A stretch of 64,000 nucleotides of DNA. It comes from Thermoplasmatota archaeon. GTDB lineage: Archaea; Thermoplasmatota; Penumbrarchaeia; Penumbrarchaeales; Penumbrarchaeaceae. Position 1 is the stretch's first letter. Each line of letters begins with the position of its first letter. The stretch spans positions 64,001 to 128,000 of the forward strand of contig JARVGK010000003.1 of the NCBI GenBank assembly GCA_029762535.1. Direction: 5' to 3'. The position numbers and the translations under genes were made by a program. The notes beneath the pieces are model-generated. The model saw nothing but the letters and a program-made list of their open reading frames with translations. It was not told the origin of the DNA and did not search any database. This document shows positions 9,863 through 19,575 of this stretch, in pieces.

Positions 9863-11884
9863 ATGGCTGACCATTACGAACCTTATATTTCACCGGACGT
9901 GGATATCAGCGAGTTCTCCATCAAGGCGATCGTCGTCGGTATCATCATCACCATCGTGATGGGCGCGGCCAACGCCTACCTGGGACTATTCGTGGGAATG
10001 ACCGTATCGGCGACCATCCCCTCTCTGGTCTTCGCACTGGCCATCCTCAAGGTGTTCAAAGGGAATATCCTCGAGATAAACATGTCCAAGAACATTGGTG
10101 TGGCCGGTGAAGCTCTTGCGGCAGGCATCATATTCACCTTTCCCGCATTGATAGTGATCCATTCCATAACCGGTGGCAGTGCCGGCTGGGAGGATATGCT
10201 CCAGATCAGGAACCTCCTGATCATGCTCGTCATATCCACCGTGGGCGGACTGTTCGGGATACTGTTCACCATACCCTTGAGGAAGGTCTTCATACAGGAC
10301 CTCGACCTGCCCTATCCCGAGGGCGTCGCCGCGGCCGAGGTGCTCAAGGTCATGGAGAAGGGCGGCAGGGGCATTTACCAGATCGGAATAGCTGCGGGTA
10401 TTGGAGGTGCCATGAAGTTCGCCGCGGAATCCGGCCTCTCGCTCTGGAAGGAGAGGCTCGAAGCGGTGGTCGGGGGCGAGAGGATACGATTGTTCGGCGG
10501 TTTCAACATCTCGCCCGCCCTGCTAGGCGTTGGATACATCATCGGTTTCAGGATATCGCTCATAGTCTTCGCCGGAGGCATAGTAGGTTGGGTCTTTGCC
10601 ATACCTTTGATCGGTCTTTTCAAGGGCTGGCCGACCGTCGATTTCCAGGGAAATCCGGTCGATGCGATAGGATCGATCTATGCGGTATGGTTCAACGAGA
10701 CCAAATGGATCGGCATAGGAGCGGTCCTGACGGGCGGGATCTACACGCTGTTCTCCCTCAGAAAGACCATAGTCCAATCCGTCAAGGGCATGTTCGCCAA
10801 GAAGAGGGCCTCCTCGGAACCAGCCCCGCTGCGGACGGAGAGGGATTTCCACGTCAACCTCGTATACATCATCATCCTTGCGGTCATCGTTGCGATCATC
10901 TATTTCTTCGTCACGGGAGAGATATTCACCGCGATATTGCTGGCACTGGTGATGATAGCCGCTACGTTCTTCTTCACGGCCGTTGCGGGGTATCTGGCAG
11001 GCATAGTGGGCTCCTCCAATAATCCCATCTCGTCCGTGACGATATCCACGCTCGTCGTCACGGCCCTCCTTTTACTTCTTCTCGGGGGCATAGGAGTGTC
11101 GAACATGGGCATGGACCTGGGAATGACCGCGACTATACTCGTCGCCGCCATAGTCTGCTGCTCCGCGGCCATTGCGGGAGATTCTATGCAGGAGCTCAAG
11201 ACCGCCCAGATCCTCGGGGCCACCCCGGTCAGGATACAGTGGGGGCGATTCATCGGCGTGATCGTTGGCGCATTGACCATCCCGGTCATCGTCGCACTGC
11301 TCGCACAGGCGTACGGGATCGGCTCCCCCGCCCTGCCCTCACCGCAGGCGGTCATTATGGGCTCTACCGTCCACGCGATATTCAACTTGAAGTTCAACGT
11401 TTTGATGTTCGGAATAGGTGTGGCCATCGCCGCGGGGTTGATATTCTTCAAGCTGCCCGTTATGGCCGTTGCCATCGGGATATACCTCCCATTCACCCTT
11501 ACTACCCCGATCTTCTTCGGCGGTATACTCGCCTGGATCACGAACAGGTTCGTGGCCGTGAAGGAGCGGCTTTTCAGCAACCTCTCCGGAACCGAGCTGG
11601 AGGCCAGGACCAAGGCCTCACAGGAGGTTACCTACAACCGAGGTCTCCTCTTCGCCGCGGGGCTCGTCGCGGGCGAAGCGATCATGGGGGTGGTCGTGGC
11701 CGGCATCATAATATTCCTGGGGCCGGGTGCTATCACCATATTCAACGATCCCAGCTGGATCCCCGGATTGCTGGCGCTCATCTATCTGCTCTTCCTGATA
11801 ATATACATGGTCCTGAGGGACGACATCAAGGACATGAGCAGGCGCGAGATCGGGTCGGTCTTCGGAAGGTTCTTCGGCAAGTGA
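9863..11884 (+). CDS. OPT family oligopeptide transporter
   Basis: AANAYLGLFVGMTVSATIP, LPYPEGVAAAEVL, GSSNNPIS and MQELKTAQILGATP motifs; highly polytopic. Confidence 0.95.
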   Translation: MADHYEPYISPDVDISEFSIKAIVVGIIITIVMGAANAYLGLFVGMTVSATIPSLVFALAILKVFKGNILEINMSKNIGVAGEALAAGIIFTFPALIVIHSITGGSAGWEDMLQIRNLLIMLVISTVGGLFGILFTIPLRKVFIQDLDLPYPEGVAAAEVLKVMEKGGRGIYQIGIAAGIGGAMKFAAESGLSLWKERLEAVVGGERIRLFGGFNISPALLGVGYIIGFRISLIVFAGGIVGWVFAIPLIGLFKGWPTVDFQGNPVDAIGSIYAVWFNETKWIGIGAVLTGGIYTLFSLRKTIVQSVKGMFAKKRASSEPAPLRTERDFHVNLVYIIILAVIVAIIYFFVTGEIFTAILLALVMIAATFFFTAVAGYLAGIVGSSNNPISSVTISTLVVTALLLLLLGGIGVSNMGMDLGMTATILVAAIVCCSAAIAGDSMQELKTAQILGATPVRIQWGRFIGVIVGALTIPVIVALLAQAYGIGSPALPSPQAVIMGSTVHAIFNLKFNVLMFGIGVAIAAGLIFFKLPVMAVAIGIYLPFTLTTPIFFGGILAWITNRFVAVKERLFSNLSGTELEARTKASQEVTYNRGLLFAAGLVAGEAIMGVVVAGIIIFLGPGAITIFNDPSWIPGLLALIYLLFLIIYMVLRDDIKDMSRREIGSVFGRFFGK

Positions 11885-11890
11885 TGTGCC

Positions 11891-12403
11891 ATGGACGATA
11901 GTGGACCGGACGAGGATCCGAAAAAGGGCAAAGGCCGGCCGTCGAAATGGTGGAGGGAAGGCGACCGCAAGCTCGTTCAGCACAGGATCGAAGAAGTGAC
12001 CTCCTCGATGGGTTTTAAAAAGGTGGACCTGGACGATTCCGACAGGGAGGCCCTTGTTCAGGAGGCCAGAAAAAGGGATCCCCGACTGAGGAACATGCTC
12101 GATGTCGTATTCGAGAGGGCGGATCGAGTCAGCAGGGAAGGTGAATACCTAACCATTCCCATTTACAGGTCCAAGATGGGAGAGAGCATCGCCAGGGCGC
12201 TCAGGATCCGGACCAGGAGGCGTATAAGGCTCGACGGATACGGCTGGGCAGTTTGGGAACTCCTTGACGGCCGCAGGACGCTGGAGCGGGTCGGGGAGGA
12301 ATTGAAGAAGCGCTTCGGGGACGAGATCGAGCCCATCTATCCCCGGCTCGCGAGGTTCATGACATATCTCGTCAACCTCGGATTGGCAAGGGAGAGGGCG
12401 TGA
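11891..12403 (+). CDS. PqqD-family (RRE-like) protein with N-terminal extension
   Basis: C-terminal IRLDGYGWAVWELLDGRRTLERVGEELKKRFG...RLARFMTYLVNLGL matches the PqqD pattern. Confidence 0.82.
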   Translation: MDDSGPDEDPKKGKGRPSKWWREGDRKLVQHRIEEVTSSMGFKKVDLDDSDREALVQEARKRDPRLRNMLDVVFERADRVSREGEYLTIPIYRSKMGESIARALRIRTRRRIRLDGYGWAVWELLDGRRTLERVGEELKKRFGDEIEPIYPRLARFMTYLVNLGLARERA

Positions 12404-15400
12404 TCATTTTCTCTTTACTCTCTTCCTGGTCCTGACAGTGGCCCTTTCCGATCCATCGTCATCTGGGGGTGTTTCTGCGGACATGTCCTCTTCAGAGGTC
12501 TCGACCTCGGGGCCTACCTCATCGTCCTCAAGGACCTCATCCTCGAGATCTTCCTCATCTTCATATCCCTCCTCCTCTGCTCCCTCCTCTTCGTCCTCGG
12601 GCTCCCCTTCGTCCTCCAGGTATTCCTCATCTTCCAGGTCCTCATCGGCTTCCTCATCCGCGTCCCCGTAAGCCTCCTCATCGAGATAGTCATAGCTGTA
12701 AGGATCGAACTCCTCCTCATCGGTTCCGAGATCGTCGTCCCTGGGCTGTTTGATGTATATGTATACGCCGATGGCGATGATGATGATCGCGAAGATTGCA
12801 AGGGCCGCGTACATCACCTCCCTCGGTATCCCATCGGATCCTACGATGGTCCTCTCGGTCCGGAAGGTCCATGTATTGTTGGTGTAGCCCTGAGGGAAAC
12901 CGGCCCCTTCTATGGACCTGGCCTCGGTCCCGATCCTCACGGTGTATGATACGCGGTTGCCGAGCCCGTCGTGCAGGATCTCGAGGCTCTGATTGTTATT
13001 GGTCCATACGTATCTCGCACCTTTGAGGGGGGGGTCGATCGTAGTGTATGATTCGATGGTAAGGGTGTCCATGGGCTGGTTGAACATGATCCTTATGGAG
13101 GTATCGAGGTCCCTGACCGTACCTACCGGGGTCCTCCAGAGCACCAGGAGCTCCCTGGGCGGCGGAGTGAAATCCAGATAGTCCAGCCTGATCTCGAACC
13201 TGCCCCAGTATGGTTCCTGGGAACTTACCTCGAACGTATTGGTCATCTTCTGCAGATATCCCGCTCTCTTCCCGGGGATCGCCGAGACGGATTCCGGAGG
13301 GGTGACCTTGAACCTGCCAATGAAGGGGAGCGTCCTGATGCTGAACGTCGCCTCTCCCAGGTTGTTCGTGGTCCTGTTCTCGAGGACGACATCATCCATC
13401 GAAAGCAGTTCTATCAATGCGTTGAAGACCGCCCCGCTCCTCGGACCCTCTCCGAATGCGACGAAAACATCTATCGAACCGGTCTCCGGTCTGAGATAAT
13501 ATGTCAGAAAGAGTTCAGTGAAAAGATCGGGGTTCGGACCTGATGCGGATATGAACGTGCTGGTGTTCGAGAGATAGCCTGAGCGAACGCCGATCTCTCC
13601 TCTCAACGCGGCCTCCGGAGCTCCTTCCAACCTGTATTCCCCTCCCATCTCAAGGGAGGAGAATCCAACAACTCCGTCCTCCTGGGCTTGGGCGCTCTCG
13701 ATCAGAGTGCCGTTGAAGGACAGGAGACGTACTATGGAGCCCTGCGCCCCCTGGCCTGAGAGCGGCCCTCCCTCGTAAAGGACCGTCACTTCAAGTGAAT
13801 AGAGCATGCGTTCGGTCGTTCCCTGGAATACGGGAGTGTAAGGGGAATAGTTGTATGATGTATCGAAGGCCAGCATCCTGAAGCCATAAAGCGTCCCGGG
13901 GACAAGACCTCCTAGGGTGTACGACGTTTCTCCGGGACCGAGCGTCACAAGCGTTTCGAACTGCGTCATGGAGGGGGTAGAATTCATCTCGATGATGAAA
14001 CCTTCAAGATCGGTCTCGGAGCCGGGGTCCCAGGATATGGTGAGATGATCGACGCCCTTGTCGGAGATGATCGCGGAGGTTGGCGTGGCGGGCGGGGTCA
14101 GGTCCGACGTGATGTTGGTCGCTGGCTGGGAAGGAGCCCCTTCCCAAACTCCGTCAAAGGCTGACACTCTGAATATTCCCCGCGTGGAAGGGCCTATCTC
14201 AGGGGATATCCAGGATGTTGATGGATGGTCGACCTCCCCCGAGAGTATCCATTCTCCCGAGGAGAATGAGTATATCCTGTAGGCGATCGTGTCGTCGTCG
14301 TTGGGGTCCCATTTTAGCTTTATGCTCTCGAGCGTATCCAATGAGTCCGCCGTCAGGTTCAGGACGGATTGTGGAAGGTCTATGTCAGGTACAACAAGTT
14401 CGACCGACATCGGAGCCGATGTGTCGATATCGTAGACATGATCCCATATCATCGCCGTTCCCGGAACGTGAACGGTCGCGTTGGTCCTAACGTTCATAGG
14501 CGCGTTGGATCCGGGATAGATCATTTTCAAGGCCACGAATGGTGCTATTCCGCCATCCGGTCCCGTGACCGGGTCGCTCCCCCCGAAGTAAGGGGTCGAG
14601 TGGAGGCCGCCTGTCCTTTCGTTCACTACGTGGAGCTCCACTCCTTCCATGGGCTGCACGTCCTTGTACAGGACGCGAACTCCGATCGTGTTGCTTATCA
14701 TTACGTTCGACATGGGGTCGACATCGAACGAGGACACGGTAGTGTCCAGGACCTCGACCTCAGCTCCTTCGTATGCGGATAGGGCCGTCCCGCTGGCGAC
14801 TATATCCGATCCCACAACGGCATGGTCCCCCTCCCTGAATATCACGCTCCTTTGTGCGTCCACCTTGCTGTTGTTCATGAGCAGTCGGGCGCTATTCGAT
14901 TCCAGGCCGATGCCGGCGCTCTTGACGATGACGTGGTCCAGGACGATATCGTTTCCGGAGAGGTCGAGGGCGGCCATGGTGGTATTGGACCAGATGATGA
15001 CGTCCTTCATCATCATGCTGGTCGTATCGTGCCCCGTTACTATCGAATGGCCTGTGCCCGGATCGGAATGGATCATGGTGGTCAGGATGCGTAGATTGGT
15101 AGTATGCGGAGGCACTGGGCCTGCCCTTATCCCTGTCGATCCCTCTCCGATGAGGTCGATGGAACAGCCATCGATCACCCCTCTCCTTACGTCCCCGAGA
15201 ACGTCTATCCCCGTACCGGGGCCGTTCAGATATATCTGGGAGTATACCACCTCGTTATTACTTCCGCCCAGATGGAGTAGCCAACCGTCGTTGAACGATG
15301 TGAGGGTGGAGTCGATAAGGACGTTGTCCGTTCCCGAGAGGATCGATCCGCTCGAAGCTTCGCCCCAGACTATGAAGGTCGAATCTCGGATCTCCGTCTG

Positions 15401-16735
15401 GTCCGCTCCAACCCGGACCCCGAAGGAGTTGTCCGCCCTTATGGAATAGCTGTTCGAAGAAAGGAGCGCCCCCCTGCCCGGACCGAGAACGATGCCGTTG
15501 GTCATCATACCGCTGGTCATGATGATGTCATTGATCAGGGTGAGGTTCCTGTGGTCGGAGAAGGCCGCTATGATCGATCCATTCCCCCCTTGGTAGAAGT
15601 TCGATCCCGATATGGACATATCAACGCATCCCAGTAGGAACGACCCGTTCACAAGGCCCCCGGAGAGGGATATGCCCGTTTGATTATCCCCCTTCGAGGA
15701 ATAGGACAGGTCCATGATCGAGCATCCTATGAGATGGGTGCCATTGAGGAAGGACGAACCGTTCCCGAGCATGTTCACAGATGTATTGCTCAGCATGACA
15801 TCCCTCACGTTGAACACCTCGATACCTCTGGCTCCCGAGTCCAGGAAAAGGGCCGTCCCGTTCATTGTGACGTTATCACACGATGAAAGTTCGATGCCGT
15901 GTGTGTTCTTACCGGTCATGGTGAGGAAGCAGCCCTCTATCTCTATCCCGGAACCGGAGAGGTGCATCGCCGTTCCGACCATCTCGATGATCATGGCATT
16001 GAGCTCGAGGTCTGTACCCTGGAAGTGGATCCCAGATGCTCTCCCGGTCGATGTGATGCTGGAGTTATGGAAGTGGATGGAATCTCCCGAGATGATGAAC
16101 CCCTTTGAACCGGACCCGAGTCCTATGTCCATGTCCCTGAAGGTGATGTTCGAGACATTGATGGCATGGCATATCGTGGATCCCGATCCGTCACTTGCCA
16201 TTTTCCCCAATATGATGTTCGATGAATTGGCTATGTTCACGCAGATGTCCGGCGATCCCGAGAAGGATGCTCCGTCGATCTCGATGGACTTCGACGACTC
16301 TATGTTCAGAGCGATGCCGGTCGTTGACCTGAAGCCGATCCCCGTCAGATCGATGTCGTTCGAGGAGATGTTGAGAGACCGACCGACGAAGGTCATGCCG
16401 GCCAATGTTACGAAGGGAGCGGTCACACTGCTGTTCTTGCCATACGGGCCTGAGATAAGTACCGATGCCGTATCATTACCCCTGAGCGTTACGGAACGGG
16501 TCCCGACACTGATCGATTCGTTGTAATTGCCGGATGCGATGACTATTACATCGCCCTCGACGGCATCGCCCAGGGCTGCCCCTATGGTGGAATAGGTGGA
16601 TCCCGTCCCGACGTAAAGTACGAGTCCGGATGCCCCGCGTGGGGTTATCAGCAGGATCCCCGATGTGAATAACAATAATACCATGGCCGTTGCGATGAGC
16701 TTACCTTTGCGTTCCCCGGCGTGTACTTCGATCAT
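12404..16735 (-). CDS. Large surface protein: parallel beta-helix (pectin-lyase/NosD-like), FN3 domains, Ig-like domain, TM anchor and very acidic cytoplasmic tail
   Basis: LYVGTGSTYSTIGAAL...VIVIASGNYNESI beta-helix start; FN3 patterns LKWDPN..AYRIY and YTLGGLVPGTLYGFRMLAFD; TM; D/E-rich tail. Confidence 0.85.
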   Translation of the reverse strand: MIEVHAGERKGKLIATAMVLLLFTSGILLITPRGASGLVLYVGTGSTYSTIGAALGDAVEGDVIVIASGNYNESISVGTRSVTLRGNDTASVLISGPYGKNSSVTAPFVTLAGMTFVGRSLNISSNDIDLTGIGFRSTTGIALNIESSKSIEIDGASFSGSPDICVNIANSSNIILGKMASDGSGSTICHAINVSNITFRDMDIGLGSGSKGFIISGDSIHFHNSSITSTGRASGIHFQGTDLELNAMIIEMVGTAMHLSGSGIEIEGCFLTMTGKNTHGIELSSCDNVTMNGTALFLDSGARGIEVFNVRDVMLSNTSVNMLGNGSSFLNGTHLIGCSIMDLSYSSKGDNQTGISLSGGLVNGSFLLGCVDMSISGSNFYQGGNGSIIAAFSDHRNLTLINDIIMTSGMMTNGIVLGPGRGALLSSNSYSIRADNSFGVRVGADQTEIRDSTFIVWGEASSGSILSGTDNVLIDSTLTSFNDGWLLHLGGSNNEVVYSQIYLNGPGTGIDVLGDVRRGVIDGCSIDLIGEGSTGIRAGPVPPHTTNLRILTTMIHSDPGTGHSIVTGHDTTSMMMKDVIIWSNTTMAALDLSGNDIVLDHVIVKSAGIGLESNSARLLMNNSKVDAQRSVIFREGDHAVVGSDIVASGTALSAYEGAEVEVLDTTVSSFDVDPMSNVMISNTIGVRVLYKDVQPMEGVELHVVNERTGGLHSTPYFGGSDPVTGPDGGIAPFVALKMIYPGSNAPMNVRTNATVHVPGTAMIWDHVYDIDTSAPMSVELVVPDIDLPQSVLNLTADSLDTLESIKLKWDPNDDDTIAYRIYSFSSGEWILSGEVDHPSTSWISPEIGPSTRGIFRVSAFDGVWEGAPSQPATNITSDLTPPATPTSAIISDKGVDHLTISWDPGSETDLEGFIIEMNSTPSMTQFETLVTLGPGETSYTLGGLVPGTLYGFRMLAFDTSYNYSPYTPVFQGTTERMLYSLEVTVLYEGGPLSGQGAQGSIVRLLSFNGTLIESAQAQEDGVVGFSSLEMGGEYRLEGAPEAALRGEIGVRSGYLSNTSTFISASGPNPDLFTELFLTYYLRPETGSIDVFVAFGEGPRSGAVFNALIELLSMDDVVLENRTTNNLGEATFSIRTLPFIGRFKVTPPESVSAIPGKRAGYLQKMTNTFEVSSQEPYWGRFEIRLDYLDFTPPPRELLVLWRTPVGTVRDLDTSIRIMFNQPMDTLTIESYTTIDPPLKGARYVWTNNNQSLEILHDGLGNRVSYTVRIGTEARSIEGAGFPQGYTNNTWTFRTERTIVGSDGIPREVMYAALAIFAIIIIAIGVYIYIKQPRDDDLGTDEEEFDPYSYDYLDEEAYGDADEEADEDLEDEEYLEDEGEPEDEEEGAEEEGYEDEEDLEDEVLEDDEVGPEVETSEEDMSAETPPDDDGSERATVRTRKRVKRK

Positions 16736-16843
16736 ATCCTTCGCCCTCCCCGGCGCTATCGCCTATCCATATGCAACAACGCCATCAATTAATTTTCCTG
16801 ACATATGTAAAAGATTTAAAAGGGGGACGCTTTCATCCTGCTC

Positions 16844-18076
16844 ATGCATCCGACGGATGAGTTGAGGGGCGCAGCATCGACCCTCCTCGAAGGTAGAACG
16901 ATCGTCCTTGGCGTAACTGGGTCCATCGCTGCGGTCGAGTGCGTCAAACTCGCCAGGATGCTAATCCGTCACGGCGCTGCAGTTCATGCTGTCATGACGG
17001 CGGAGGCCAGGAAGATAGTGGGGGAGTACGCCCTCGGCTTCGCAACGGCGAACCAAGTCATCACCGAGCTGACCGGAGACCTCGAGCATGTGGCTATGTG
17101 CGGGGACGTTGAAGGGCGGGCGGACCTTCTCCTGATCGCCCCCTGCACCGCCAACACCCTCGGGAAGATCGTCAACGCTATCGACGATACCCCCGTCACG
17201 ACGTTCGCCACCACGGCGATAGGGACAGGGATCCCGTTGATCGTCGTTCCCGCCATGCACAATACCATGTACGCCCACGAGGGTGTGGCCTCCAACATCA
17301 AGAAGGCCAGGTCCATGGGCATAGAGGTTGTGGACCCGGTGCTCTCCGAGAAGAAGGCCAAAATGGCCCCGGTGGACACCATAGTCGAGATCGCGATAAG
17401 AAAGCTCTCCGGAGGGGGCCTTCAAGGTCGAAAGGTTTTGATCGTCGCCGGGGCCAACCGGGAGGAGGTGGACGATATGAGGCTCCTTACCAACAGGGCG
17501 ACTGGAAGGACCGGGATCCATCTGGCCATGGAGGCTTTCAGAAGAGGGGCGGACGTGACCCTCCTTGCCGGAGTATCGGTCCACGGGATCCCGCCTCACT
17601 TCAGGACGGTTCGCTTCGGAGGGGTCATGGACCTCTGGGAGAAAGTGGAGGAGGAATTGTCTTCCTGCGACCAGTTCGATATCGCCCTCTTCCCGGCGGG
17701 GATCTCAGACTACATACCTTCCAGGTTAGATGGGAAGGTCCCCTCGGGACGGGAGGAGATGACTCTCGAGCTCAAACCCGCCATAAGGATCATGGATCGC
17801 TTCGTGAAGAGGGGCGGTAGCCGCCTTATCGTGGGTTTCAAGGCCGAGAGCGTATCGGGTGAGGAGCTCCTGAGAAGGGCCTACAGGAGGCTTAAGGAGG
17901 TCGGGATGGACCTGATCGTGGCGAACGACCTTTCTCAGGTGAAGGAGGATTCCAATCACGTTATGATAATATCGAACGACAGGGAGGTCCTCGACATCGA
18001 GGGATCGAAGGCTGACATCGCTTCCGTGCTCATGGCGAGATGCCAGGAGATGCTCGTCGGGATAAAGGAGAGTTGA
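16844..18076 (+). CDS. coaBC: Bifunctional phosphopantothenoylcysteine decarboxylase/synthetase
   Basis: VLGVTGSIAA, IAPCTANTLGKI, VPAMH, LTNRATGRTG, VGFKAE and DLIVAND motifs. Confidence 0.96.
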   Translation: MHPTDELRGAASTLLEGRTIVLGVTGSIAAVECVKLARMLIRHGAAVHAVMTAEARKIVGEYALGFATANQVITELTGDLEHVAMCGDVEGRADLLLIAPCTANTLGKIVNAIDDTPVTTFATTAIGTGIPLIVVPAMHNTMYAHEGVASNIKKARSMGIEVVDPVLSEKKAKMAPVDTIVEIAIRKLSGGGLQGRKVLIVAGANREEVDDMRLLTNRATGRTGIHLAMEAFRRGADVTLLAGVSVHGIPPHFRTVRFGGVMDLWEKVEEELSSCDQFDIALFPAGISDYIPSRLDGKVPSGREEMTLELKPAIRIMDRFVKRGGSRLIVGFKAESVSGEELLRRAYRRLKEVGMDLIVANDLSQVKEDSNHVMIISNDREVLDIEGSKADIASVLMARCQEMLVGIKES

Positions 18077-18079
18077 ACC

Positions 18080-19273
18080 ATGGTACTGCGAGGTGGAGCT
18101 TTCTGCCCCGGGCATATCACCGGGCTTTTTTCCATACACGACGATACCGAGATGTACCTCCACAAAGGCTCCAGGGGGTCCGGGGTCTCCGTTACCCTCG
18201 GGGCCTCCGTTTCCACTGCACTGTATCCCCCTGAAGATGGGAACGGGACGGAGAACCTTTCACTGGAGCTTCATGTAAGGGGAGTTGACAAGTTCCCCGT
18301 GAACGATCCGATATACCGCCAGGTCCTGAAGGAGATGCTTCCCAATTCAGGTATCGGATGGAGGGCGGCTGTAAGGTCGAACCTGCAGCTGCCCGTAGGT
18401 CAGGGGTTCGGAATGTCGGGAGCCGGCGCCCTAGCCACCGCAATTTCCGTCTGGGAGGCCCTCCATTCGACCATTCCGCGCTGGGACCGAAAATTGAGGT
18501 TCAAGGGACAGCAGGAGATGTTCTTCTCGATGAAAACGTCGGAGTTCAGCGTCAGGCCGATAAGGAGGAGGATGCGCTCACACCTGCAGCTTCTGTCAAT
18601 GAAGGAGGAACCCTCGCTGCCTGTCCAGCCTTTCGGCAAACCCTCAGGAATGGTGGAGGAGGGAGGGGTCAGGCCCCCCATGAGGTGGCTCAAGGACAGC
18701 GAGGCCGAAAAAGGGTCCGGTGGGATCACGTACGCCGATTGCGTGAACGCGGCGCACAGGGTCGATGTCATGATCGGCGGAGGTCTGGGCGATGTGATCT
18801 CACAGGCCAGGGGCGGCGTGGAGATCAGGATGTCTCCCGGCGTCCCGCCCTACGGGGAGATCCACACCATCCCCGTGGAGCTGGACAACACCCCGAAAGT
18901 GATCGCCGCCACGGTGGGGCCCCCGATAGAAACTTCGAGGGTGATAGGGAATCCCGCAAGAAGAGAAAGGATACACGGGGCGGGCGAGGCGGCGTTGAGG
19001 AGGCTGACAGAAGCGCCATCGATGACCATGATGATGTCAGAGAGCAGGCAGTTCTCCATCGAGGCCGGGATCCAGAGCATGATGGTGAGGTCCGCCCTCT
19101 CCGAAGTCGATGCGATGGTGAAGGCCTCGCAGATAATGATCGGCAACAGCGTGTTCACCATGGTACCGAGCAAGGATAAGGACCTCGTCAAAAGTATCAC
19201 GGAGATCTGGGGAAGGAGAGGAAGCGTATTCTCCATGGACGTGGACCTGATCGGTGCGAGGCCCTTGACCTGA
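18080..19273 (+). CDS. Pantoate kinase (archaeal GHMP kinase) with a large internal insertion
   Basis: AFCPGHITGLF, GSRGSG, LPVGQGFGMSGAGAL, AHRVDV..GGGLGDV and SQIMIGNSVF motifs; directly after coaBC. Confidence 0.88.
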   Translation: MVLRGGAFCPGHITGLFSIHDDTEMYLHKGSRGSGVSVTLGASVSTALYPPEDGNGTENLSLELHVRGVDKFPVNDPIYRQVLKEMLPNSGIGWRAAVRSNLQLPVGQGFGMSGAGALATAISVWEALHSTIPRWDRKLRFKGQQEMFFSMKTSEFSVRPIRRRMRSHLQLLSMKEEPSLPVQPFGKPSGMVEEGGVRPPMRWLKDSEAEKGSGGITYADCVNAAHRVDVMIGGGLGDVISQARGGVEIRMSPGVPPYGEIHTIPVELDNTPKVIAATVGPPIETSRVIGNPARRERIHGAGEAALRRLTEAPSMTMMMSESRQFSIEAGIQSMMVRSALSEVDAMVKASQIMIGNSVFTMVPSKDKDLVKSITEIWGRRGSVFSMDVDLIGARPLT

Positions 19274-19575
19274 CCAGCAGGGGTTCCTAAAGTTCCCAAG
19301 AGATGATACCGCCTTGTACACGAAGAAGAATATTGAGGCCGATATCTTCATTTGAATCCGATCAGGGCCGATCGGATCCTATCACTGAAGCGAACTTCGT
19401 ACGATCGGAGCCATCCATTCGATCCCTATTGACCCGACACGGGAGGGATCACATTGTTCTTGTTTCGCTTCTACCCAAACGTGATATAGTTAAAAAGCCT
19501 AACCGGGAAAGAAAAACCCTTATAGGCCATCCCTTTTGAGCGCACTGGGGTGATCGAAAAAAACAATGAAGGCGA

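Noticed and set aside
12440-12740. Low-complexity tcctc/tcatc repeats
   Set aside because: They are explained by the Asp/Glu-rich tail encoded on the minus strand
18460-18725. Intein in pantoate kinase
   Set aside because: There are no intein terminal residues or splicing motifs
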